64,000 nucleotides of DNA, taken from the NCBI GenBank assembly GCA_027923505.1, contig BROI01000008.1, positions 744,001 to 808,000 of the forward strand, given 5' to 3'. Under the pieces are notes generated by a model. It saw only the letters and a program-made list of their open reading frames with translations, ran no database searches and had not been told where the DNA came from. Positions within the stretch are counted from its first letter, which is position 1. Every line of letters begins with the position of its first letter. This document shows, piece by piece, positions 36,401-45,500 of this stretch. The position numbers and the translations under genes were made by a program. This DNA comes from Mayamaea pseudoterrestris (lineage: Eukaryota).

Positions 36401-39277
36401 ACCACAGAACCGGGTCATCCAGAACAAAATCCATGCGAACGTCACACGTCGCACATTAAGCCAATGATGGAGAACCTCCAACGAGATTCGGGTTCGCCAG
36501 GCCATTGCTGGGTTTTGCTGATTAAATTCGTAATCATGATACTGAACGTCCTCGCGACGAAATCGCTGGGATGGCGCACGCCAACGGAAGTTGCGTTCGG
36601 AAATCTGCCGGATATTTCGCCTTTGTTACATTTCAAGTGGTGGGAACCGGTCACGTTTGAGGCGCAGGGGAGCTTTCCCTCGGCGGTACGATCTGGCAAC
36701 GGCCGATTCGTGGGCATCGCAGAGAATAGCGGTCCGCACATGACTTTTCTCGTTCTGACGGACGACACGCTTCAGGCGATTCCGCGCTCCAACGTGGTCT
36801 CGCGCAGCTACTTGTTACCACGAGAGTTGCCTTCCTTCCCTGAGTCTGGAGGGGAGATTTCTGAAGAAGCTACACGCGCAAGCGAGCGAAATTTTGAAAC
36901 TCCAGATCTCGCGACAGGACGCTACCATAGCACGCATGTGACAGAAAGTAGTCACGACAACTACGAAGGAAACGACGACGAAACGATTCCGATGGCGAAC
37001 CACGCCAACGTACCAGCGAAGTTCTTCAGAAGGGCTGAGCAAGAATCAGGGAATAAATGCCCTCTGTTCTCTCCAAGCGAACTCATCGGACGCACGTTCG
37101 TAAGGGAACACGAAAACGGTCAGAAAATGCGAGCGACTGTATGCGAATATATCGAAGTACGCGATAACGAGCTACTCGAAACGACGAAAGGTTTCCTAAT
37201 CCAAATGGGAGAGGAGCCAGCGAAAGACTTAATAAGTTACAACGAACTGTCGGATTTAATCGAACGACAGATGGACGAAGATATACGAAACGATCCGGCG
37301 ACTCAGTGGGTATTCACGAAGGTAATCGGACACGAGCTTAATTTGAAACCGAACGATCCGACATACAAAGGAAGTTCAAGTAACGTTCTCGTCGAATGGA
37401 CTGACGGAACGACGACGTGGGAGCCTCTCGCGATCATGAAGAAGGACGATCCGATAACGATCGCAGAGTATGGACTCAAGCACGGCTTACTCGACAAGCC
37501 AGGATGGAAGCAGCTGGAGCATTACACTCGGAAGCGAAAGAAGTTTCGACAGATGGTAACAGCGGCGAAACGAAAATCGAAAGCAAACGGCGTACGCTAC
37601 AAATTCGGCGTAAGGTTGCCGCGCAATTATAAAGATGCGAAAGCTCTCGACGAGATCAACGGCAACACGCTGTGGACGGATGCGATTCGAACGGAATTAA
37701 ATCAGATAAATGATTACGACACGTTCGCAGATCAAGGAGTCGGTAAGGTTATGCCGGCGCCGTGGAAACGAATAAACGTGCACATGATATTCGATGTCAA
37801 GCACGATTTGCGACGGAAAGCACGACTCGTTGCAGGAGGACATATGACAGAGCCGCCGAAGGATTCAGTTTACTCGGGCGTTGTGTCATTGCGAAGTCTA
37901 CGAATGGTAGCGATGTTAGCGGAACTCAACGGTCTGGAACTGTGGGCAGCTGACGTCGGCAACGCATACTTGGAAGCGAAAACGAAAGAGAAGGTTTATA
38001 TCGTGGCAGGTCCGGAGTTCGGGGAGCTCGAGGGTCACACGCTCACGATCGTGAAGGCATTATACGGTCTTCGCACGTCAGGCGCACGCTGGCACGAGCA
38101 CTTTGCAGACACGCTCCGCGACATTGGCTTCATGCCGTGTATCGCAGAACCGGACGTGTGGATGCGCGATAAAGGCACGCACTACGAATACGTTTGTGTG
38201 TATGTCGACGATTTAGCGATAGCGATGAAGAATCCGAAGGAACTAACGGATCTTTTAATTGAGAACTACAACTACAAGTTGAAGGGCGTCGGTCCATTGG
38301 CATATCATTTGGGCGCAGACGTTTGGCGAGACGACGACGGCGTACTCTGCTTCGGAGCGAAGAAGTACGTCACAAGACTACTAGCGAACTACAAAGAAAT
38401 GTTCGGCGAGGAACCGCGACCGCAGACAAGTCCACTACGCGACGGCGATCATCCGGAACTCGACGAAACGAAAGAACTTGACGACGACGGAATTGCGAAG
38501 TATCAATCGATAATTGGTGCGTTGCAATGGGCAGTAAGTTTATGTCGATTCGACATTCACTGTGCTGTCATGACTATGGGGAGATTCCGAGCTGCGCCAC
38601 GAGCGGGGCACTTGGAACGGTTGAAGCATATTTGCGGATACTTACGAAGATACCCGGATGGAGCGATTCGATTCAACGTTTCGATTCCAACGGACGAGCG
38701 ATACGCGACAGTTGACAAGATGGATTGGGATTACAGTGTGTACGGCAAGATCTGCGAAGAGCTTCCGTGGAACATGCCCACGCCGCGCGGCAAGGCGGTG
38801 CGAATGTCAACGTTCGAAGATGCGAACCTGTACCACGATTACACGACGGGACGGGCAGCGATGGGCATGCTACACATGTTGAATGGAACAGTCGTTGATT
38901 GGTTTTCGAAACGCCAAGCGACGGTCGAGACGGCGACGTACGGCTCGGAGTTTGTAGCAGCGAGAGTGAGCACGGAGCAGATCATGGATCTTCGCTTCAC
39001 GCTACGCATGTTGGGAGTTCCGCTCGACGGACCTTCATGGATGTTTGGAGACAACAAGTCGGTAACGCAAAGCAGCAACCTACCGCACTCTAGTCTGACG
39101 AAGCGACACAATGCACTGGCATTTCACCGTGTACGCGAAGCGATTGCGGCGGGAATTATTAATTTCAACCACATCATGGGAACGACAAACCCGGCGGATG
39201 TACTTACCAAGTTTCTTCCACGGGCTACGGCAAGCAAGCACTTAAAGAACCTGCTCTTCAAGGAATCTAACTATTAG
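33485..39277 (+). CDS. Copia gag-pol polyprotein (1930 aa): Gag, protease, integrase, chromodomain-like module, RT, RNase H
   Basis: ATG at 33485. LIDSGANGG, ATDT/SDNA/NPCE (DDE), RKARLVAGG, CVYVDD and TNPADVLTK; no stops. Confidence 0.96.
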   Translation: MAETRAQKDAAFAHVYEENVGVFQDPQFKELFDELGVESLTQLIEMEYDDFATKWNVTTTTTTTTDDGDNVTQETSEHSLTKMKQRTITNAIEWYLAQESPDIKTWSQLTTETLATFVTARAKERVQARNIASVGSGSGAKPPAKESETESKKDESKDSTLTNEGDESKPDSADKVPPTSVDVDTKQSPTSVLDLGDDEDDEKYSDQFTKSIKFSARDCKEMKLDSSWKQWISELKVIATLHDFHEVFDDDYDPKEKGPKEQKAYAKKNVFVYRIFLTHCRTPSASLAVQQFKKTMDGREVYQRLRTRYEEGATAHIEKERARTELQGMRLTEKWSRPTIEFLALFYKKVIWLLEMDAEALTGLQRYDMLRDAFSEHTGFSASLAGFDGMIAIKKHMGQHDSEDNFAQLYAHLEECCIKYDKKHPSTTKTKRTINQAQSSGTKGGGGGNGGATPSGLSAERFAAIMKKPHASVKDEVWLEMKFDQRKQLKDKRATAPKTPENGWRPRNQRGTATTQTQVNAAHQERHATESVANDHASVPGTINIQPGNSGMSVQTAARSVLQANNASTTTQQVTGSLTTDNTGRGTFSFNMHRRMRVNRAHYERINEGALIDSGANGGLCGGDMLVVSETNAEVDVTGIDDHIVPALKIGTAAGLAKTLSGETILLLCHQYALKRDGPTIHCPNQLRAMGHRVDDIPTMFGGTQRITTNIGGYVLPLAIRDGLVYLDVTKPTFDDLDKYPTVIMTSDVPWDSTVYDVEHAHDDFDERDHDYGSFDERFDDDGITHRNRHTPTRTGDELDVLINRCVRHAQFSRVNLRKLRSKEPDYNALRPYLGWVPTERVQQTLRHTEAWYHLSAHPRLPFRHLTKSRFPAANVQRLRELFATDTIHSDTPALDDGILGHGGATKMQLFVGRESFYTRGYPMKSESEMSNALEDFIREVGAPNGLLSDNAKSETGKAVRDLCRMYNIPQVTTEPGHPEQNPCERHTSHIKPMMENLQRDSGSPGHCWVLLIKFVIMILNVLATKSLGWRTPTEVAFGNLPDISPLLHFKWWEPVTFEAQGSFPSAVRSGNGRFVGIAENSGPHMTFLVLTDDTLQAIPRSNVVSRSYLLPRELPSFPESGGEISEEATRASERNFETPDLATGRYHSTHVTESSHDNYEGNDDETIPMANHANVPAKFFRRAEQESGNKCPLFSPSELIGRTFVREHENGQKMRATVCEYIEVRDNELLETTKGFLIQMGEEPAKDLISYNELSDLIERQMDEDIRNDPATQWVFTKVIGHELNLKPNDPTYKGSSSNVLVEWTDGTTTWEPLAIMKKDDPITIAEYGLKHGLLDKPGWKQLEHYTRKRKKFRQMVTAAKRKSKANGVRYKFGVRLPRNYKDAKALDEINGNTLWTDAIRTELNQINDYDTFADQGVGKVMPAPWKRINVHMIFDVKHDLRRKARLVAGGHMTEPPKDSVYSGVVSLRSLRMVAMLAELNGLELWAADVGNAYLEAKTKEKVYIVAGPEFGELEGHTLTIVKALYGLRTSGARWHEHFADTLRDIGFMPCIAEPDVWMRDKGTHYEYVCVYVDDLAIAMKNPKELTDLLIENYNYKLKGVGPLAYHLGADVWRDDDGVLCFGAKKYVTRLLANYKEMFGEEPRPQTSPLRDGDHPELDETKELDDDGIAKYQSIIGALQWAVSLCRFDIHCAVMTMGRFRAAPRAGHLERLKHICGYLRRYPDGAIRFNVSIPTDERYATVDKMDWDYSVYGKICEELPWNMPTPRGKAVRMSTFEDANLYHDYTTGRAAMGMLHMLNGTVVDWFSKRQATVETATYGSEFVAARVSTEQIMDLRFTLRMLGVPLDGPSWMFGDNKSVTQSSNLPHSSLTKRHNALAFHRVREAIAAGIINFNHIMGTTNPADVLTKFLPRATASKHLKNLLFKESNY

Positions 39278-39294
39278 GTATGACTTGAGGGGAG

Positions 39295-39607
39295 TTGCAG
39301 GATGCGAACGAAAACAGCGAAAATCGGGCAAGTCACACCGAATGTCCGATAGGGTGACACAGCGGCACTCGCGGCTCACCACAGCCTCACGATCGCGTGA
39401 TGCGTGGCAGCGACGGCTTCGAAGCGATTCAACAAGTATATTGCTGAAACTAGTGCGATATAGAGTAGAAACAAGCAGACTTACTAAGCTTGAAGAGTTA
39501 AGAAAGCGATTTATTCGTCTCTCGTATTGTAGCAACTGCAAGCTTGGATTGGCCATCCAAGGACAGCTACAAGCGAAAGGTGCAACGATTTGATTTACAA
39601 GTTACAA
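39295..39607 (+). repeat. Second LTR of Copia B
   Basis: 313-bp direct repeat preceded by the PPT. Confidence 0.93.
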
Positions 39608-41746
39608 TATGGACTCAAGCACGGCTTACTCGACAAGCCAGGATGGAAGCAGCTGGAGCATTACACTCGGAAGCGAAAGAAGTTTCGACAGATGGTAACA
39701 GCGGCGAAACGAAAATCGAAAGCAAACGGCGTACGCTACAAATTCGGCGTAAGGTTGCCGCGCAATTATAAAGATGCGAAAGCTCTCGACGAGATCAACG
39801 GCAACACGCTGTGGACGGATGCGATTCGAACGGAATTAAATCAGATAAATGATTACGACACGTTCGCAGATCAAGGAGTCGGTAAGGTTATGCCGGCGCC
39901 GTGGAAACGAATAAACGTGCACATGATATTCGATGTCAAGCACGATTTGCGACGGAAAGCACGACTCGTTGCAGGAGGACATATGACAGAGCCGCCGAAG
40001 GATTCAGTTTACTCGGGCGTTGTGTCATTGCGAAGTCTACGAATGGTAGCGATGTTAGCGGAACTCAACGGTCTGGAACTGTGGGCAGCTGACGTCGGCA
40101 ACGCATACTTGGAAGCGAAAACGAAAGAGAAGGTTTATATCGTGGCAGGTCCGGAGTTCGGGGAGCTCGAGGGTCACACGCTCACGATCGTGAAGGCATT
40201 ATACGGTCTTCGCACGTCAGGCGCACGCTGGCACGAGCACTTTGCAGACACGCTCCGCGACATTGGCTTCATGCCGTGTATCGCAGAACCGGACGTGTGG
40301 ATGCGCGATAAAGGCACGCACTACGAATACGTTTGTGTGTATGTCGACGATTTAGCGATAGCGATGAAGAATCCGAAGGAACTAACGGATCTTTTAATTG
40401 AGAACTACAACTACAAGTTGAAGGGCGTCGGTCCATTGGCATATCATTTGGGCGCAGACGTTTGGCGAGACGACGACGGCGTACTCTGCTTCGGAGCGAA
40501 GAAGTACGTCACAAGACTACTAGCGAACTACAAAGAAATGTTCGGCGAGGAACCGCGACCGCAGACAAGTCCACTACGCGACGGCGATCATCCGGAACTC
40601 GACGAAACGAAAGAACTTGACGACGACGGAATTGCGAAGTATCAATCGATAATTGGTGCGTTGCAATGGGCAGTAAGTTTATGTCGATTCGACATTCACT
40701 GTGCTGTCATGACTATGGGGAGATTCCGAGCTGCGCCACGAGCGGGGCACTTGGAACGGTTGAAGCATATTTGCGGATACTTACGAAGATACCCGGATGG
40801 AGCGATTCGATTCAACGTTTCGATTCCAACGGACGAGCGATACGCGACAGTTGACAAGATGGATTGGGATTACAGTGTGTACGGCAAGATCTGCGAAGAG
40901 CTTCCGTGGAACATGCCCACGCCGCGCGGCAAGGCGGTGCGAATGTCAACGTTCGAAGATGCGAACCTGTACCACGATTACACGACGGGACGGGCAGCGA
41001 TGGGCATGCTACACATGTTGAATGGAACAGTCGTTGATTGGTTTTCGAAACGCCAAGCGACGGTCGAGACGGCGACGTACGGCTCGGAGTTTGTAGCAGC
41101 GAGAGTGAGCACGGAGCAGATCATGGATCTTCGCTTCACGCTACGCATGTTGGGAGTTCCGCTCGACGGACCTTCATGGATGTTTGGAGACAACAAGTCG
41201 GTAACGCAAAGCAGCAACCTACCGCACTCTAGTCTGACGAAGCGACACAATGCACTGGCATTTCACCGTGTACGCGAAGCGATTGCGGCGGGAATTATTA
41301 ATTTCAACCACATCATGGGAACGACAAACCCGGCGGATGTACTTACCAAGTTTCTTCCACGGGCTACGGCAAGCAAGCACTTAAAGAACCTGCTCTTCAA
41401 GGAATCTAACTATTAGGTATGACTTGAGGGGAGTTGCAGGATGCGAACGAAAACAGCGAAAATCGGGCAAGTCACACCGAATGTCCGATAGGGTGACACA
41501 GCGGCACTCGCGGCTCACCACAGCCTCACGATCGCGTGATGCGTGGCAGCGACGGCTTCGAAGCGATTCAACAAGTATATTGCTGAAACTAGTGCGATAT
41601 AGAGTAGAAACAAGCAGACTTACTAAGCTTGAAGAGTTAAGAAAGCGATTTATTCGTCTCTCGTATTGTAGCAACTGCAAGCTTGGATTGGCCATCCAAG
41701 GACAGCTACAAGCGAAAGGTGCAACGATTTGATTTACAAGTTACAA
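39608..41746 (+). mobile_element. Second, 5'-truncated copy of Copia B (RT, RNase H and third LTR 41434-41746)
   Basis: Exact copy of 37469-39607 at offset 2139, starting immediately after the second LTR. Confidence 0.93.
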
Positions 41747-42230
41747 CACCAGTCTCAGCCCGCAGATGCCGTGACACTCAAACGCATCTACAGCAGATGG
41801 CCCACAAAGTCGGTACCCAAATTATGACCAGAATGGATGCCAAAATATTATATGTATTCATCCGCTGCGCTACAAGGTGGTAGGCTTGGTTGAGCGTTTG
41901 AATCTCAGGGATGGCCAAGTCCTCTTCACCAGCCACATAAAGCAGCAAGGTGATTCATCCCCCCAAGACTCTGGCATCACTCCGCTGGAGTGGCTCAATT
42001 TGCCCACGAAGGGGCCAAACATTGCTACTTGCGGCTGCGCAAAAATTGACAAGATGCGGAGGCTTTGGCTGGTGTGAATTGTGGCAATGAATTGCAGGTG
42101 ACAACTTGTCACCAGTCTCAGCGCAAAGATGCCATGACATTCAAGCGCCACAGCAAGCCCTGTAGAGATTACACCAGAGTGGTGGCATCATCGCAAGTTA
42201 TTCGGGCTGCGCAACCATGAGGCCAATTGG
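41747..42230. other. Mosaic of satellite and YR-element RNase H sequence, probable chimeric consensus
   Basis: Short words alternately match the satellite monomer and 32845-33022 (e.g. CCAAAATATT, TATTCATCCG, GCCAAGTCCTC, GCCACATAAAG). Confidence 0.7.
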
Positions 42231-42550
42231 TTTGGGCCACACGTGATGGATTGTTCAAAGTAGGATACAGCATGCGCGAGTCATCTAAGACTTCTTTTGA
42301 GAGAGCAATCCGACCCTTGCGCCACCAAGCTCTTGAGGAAGGCTTGGAAGTGCGAGCTTTAGCTGCCACACGCCTTGCCTGTTCATCAGCCTTTCGGGCC
42401 GCATCCGATAGAGACTGTTGGACTCTAATAGAAAGAAAATTGGCTAGGTCTGCCACAAAGGCACCGTGTCGCATCAAACCAACAATGGAGGATTTATCAG
42501 CGGCAGTGACGACTACCGTTTTAAATTGTTTGTTTGACAACCAATCCGAG
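42231..42550 (-). pseudogene. RT-RNase H linker fragment of the YR retrotransposon, 5'-truncated
   Basis: SIVGLMRHGAFV...FLSIRVQ...WW...WPKPIGLM lies upstream of, and on the same strand as, the RNase H remnant. No gag or RT core remains before the satellite resumes. Confidence 0.6.
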
Positions 42551-45500
42551 TGTAGGTACGGCCCAAATTACACCAGAATGGTGACAACATCATTATTCAG
42601 GCTGCGCTACAAGATGGTAGGCTTGGCTGGTGTCTCAGGGGATGGCAATGTATTTGGTGACAACTTGTCACCAGTCTCAGCCAGCAGATGCCATGACATT
42701 CAAACGCCCCTACAGCAAGCCCTGTAGGTGCCCAAATTACACCAGAATGGTGCCAACATCATTATTCAGGCTGCACTACAAGATGGAAAGCTTGGCTGGT
42801 GTCTCAGGGGATGGCAATGTATTTGGTGACAACTTGTCACCAGTCTCAGCCCGCAGATGCCATGACATTCAAACGCCCCTACAGCAAGCCCTGTAGGGGC
42901 CCAAATTACACCAGAATGGTGCCAACATCATTATTCAGGCTGCGCTACAAGATGGTAGGCTTGGCTGGTGTCTCAGGGGATGGCAATGTATTTGGTGACA
43001 ACTTGTCACCAGTCTCAGCCAGCAGATGCCATGACATTCAAACGCCCCTACAGCAAGCCCTGTAGGTGCCCAAATTACACCAGAATGGTGCCAACATCAT
43101 TGTTTAGGCTGCACTACAAGATGGAAAGCTTGGCTGGTGTCTCAGGGGATGGCAATGTATTTGGTGACAACTTGTCACCAGTCTCAGCCCGCAGATGCCA
43201 TGACATTCAAACGCCCCTACAGCAAGCCCTGTAGGTGCCCAAATTACACCAGAATGGTGCCAACATCATTATTCAGGCTGCACTACAAGATGGAAAGCTT
43301 GGCTGGTGTCTCAGGGGATGGCAATGTATTTGGTGACAACTTGTCACCAGTCTCAGCCAGCAGATGCCGTGACCTTCAAACGCCCCTACAGCAAGCCCTG
43401 TAGGGGCCCAAATTACACCAGAATGGTGCCAACATCATTATTCAGGCTGCACTACAAGATGGTAAGCTTGGCTGGTGTCTCAGGGGATGGCAATGTATTT
43501 GGTGACAACTTGTCACCAGTCTCAGCCAGCAGATGCCATGACATTCAAACGCCCCTACAGCAAGCCCTGTAGGTGCCCAAATTACACCAGAATGGTGCCA
43601 ACATCATTATTCAGGCTGCGCTACAAGATGGAAAGCTTGGCTGGTGTCTCAGGGGATGGCAATGTATTTGGTGACAACTTGTCACCAGTCTCAGCCCGCA
43701 GATGCCATGACATTCAAACGCCCCTACAGCAAGCCCTGTAGGTGCCCAAATTACACCAGAATGGTGCCAACATCATTATTCAGGCTGCACTACAAGATGG
43801 AATGCTTGGCTGGTGTCTCAGGGGATGGCAATGTATTTGGTGACAACTTGTCACCAGTCTCAGCCCGCAAATGCCATGACATTCAAACGCCCCTACAGCA
43901 AGCCCTGTAGGTGCCCAAATTACACCAGAATGGTGCCAACATCATTATTCAGGCTGCACTACAAGATGGAATGCTTGGCTGGTGTCTCAGGGGATGGCAA
44001 TGTATTTGGTGACAACTTGTCACCAGTCTCAGCCAGCAGATGCCGTGACATTCAAATGCCCCTACAGCAAGCCCTGTAGGTGCCCAAATTACACCAGAAT
44101 GGTGCCAACATCATTATTCAGGCTGCACTACAAGATGGAAAGCTTGGCTGGTGTCTCAGGGGATGGCAATGTATATGGTGACAACTTGTCACCAGTCTCA
44201 GCCCGCAGATGCCATGACATTCAAACGCCCCTACAGCAAGCCCTGTAGGTGCCCAAATTACACCAGAACGGTGCCAACATCATTTTTGAGACTGCGTTAC
44301 AAGATAGAAAGCTTGGCTGGTGTCTCAGGGGATGGCAATGTATTTGGTGACAACTTGTCACCAGTCTCAGCCTGCAGATGCCATGACATTCAAACGCCCC
44401 TACAGCAAGCCCTGTAGGGCCCCAAATTACACCAGAATGGCGCCAACAACGTTATTCAGGCTGCACTACAAGATGGAATGCTTGGCTGGTGTCTCAGGGG
44501 ATGGCAATGTATTTGGTGACAACTTGTCACCAGTCTCAGCCTGCAGATGCCATGACATTTAAACGCCCCTACAGCAAGCCCTGTAGGTGCCCAAATTACA
44601 CCAGAATGGTGCCAACATCACTATTCAGGCTGCACTACAAGACCGAATGCTTGGCTGGTGTCTCAGGGGATGGCAATGTATTTGGTGACAACTTGTCACC
44701 AGTCTCAGCCCGCAGATGCCATGACATTCAAACGCCCCTACAGCAAGCCCTGTAGGTGCCCAAATTACACCAGAATGGTGCCAACATCATTATTCAGGCT
44801 GCACTACATGATGGTAACTCGGCTGGTGTCCCAGGGGATGGCAATGTATTTGGTGACAACTTGTCACCAATCTCAGCTGCAGATGCCGTTACATTCAAAC
44901 GCCCCTACGGCAAGCCCTGTAGGTTCCCAAATTACACCAGAATGGTGCCAGCATCATTATTCTGGCTGCGCTACATAATGGAAAGCTTGGCTGGTGTCTC
45001 AGGGGATGGCAATGTATTTGGTGACAACTTGTCACCAGTCTCAGCCGTAGATGCCATGACATTCAAATGCCCCTACAGCAAGCCCTGTAGGTGCCCAAAT
45101 TACACCAGAATGGTGCCAACATCATTATGCAGGCTGCGCTACAAGACGGAAGGCTTGGCTGGTGTCTCAGGGGATGGCAATGTATTTGGTGACAACTTGT
45201 CACCAGTCTCAGCCCGCAGATGCCATGACATTCAGACGCCCCTACAGCAAGCCCTGTAGGTGCCCAAATTACCCCACAATGCTGCCAACATCATTATTTA
45301 GGCTGCACTACAAGATGGAAAGCTTGGCTGGTGTCTCAGGGGACGGCAATGTATTTGGTGACAACTTGTCACCAGTCTCAGCCCGCAGATGCCATGACAT
45401 TCAAACGCCCCTACAGCAAGCCCTATAGGTGCCCAAATTACACCAGAATGGTGCCAACATCATTATTCAGGCTGCGCTACAAGATGGTAGGCTTGGCTGG

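Larger units (their letters stand above)
33023..39607 (+). mobile_element. Ty1/Copia LTR retrotransposon B (CoDi-like), intact
   Basis: Identical 313-bp LTRs (33023-33335 and 39295-39607), PPT GAGGGGAG at 39287-39294, single uninterrupted ORF. Its left end interrupts the RNase H of the YR element. Confidence 0.96.

Noticed and set aside
39590..41416. Stand-alone 608-aa RT-RNase H gene
   Set aside because: Begins at a non-ATG codon inside the LTR and is an exact duplicate of the Copia B 3' region.
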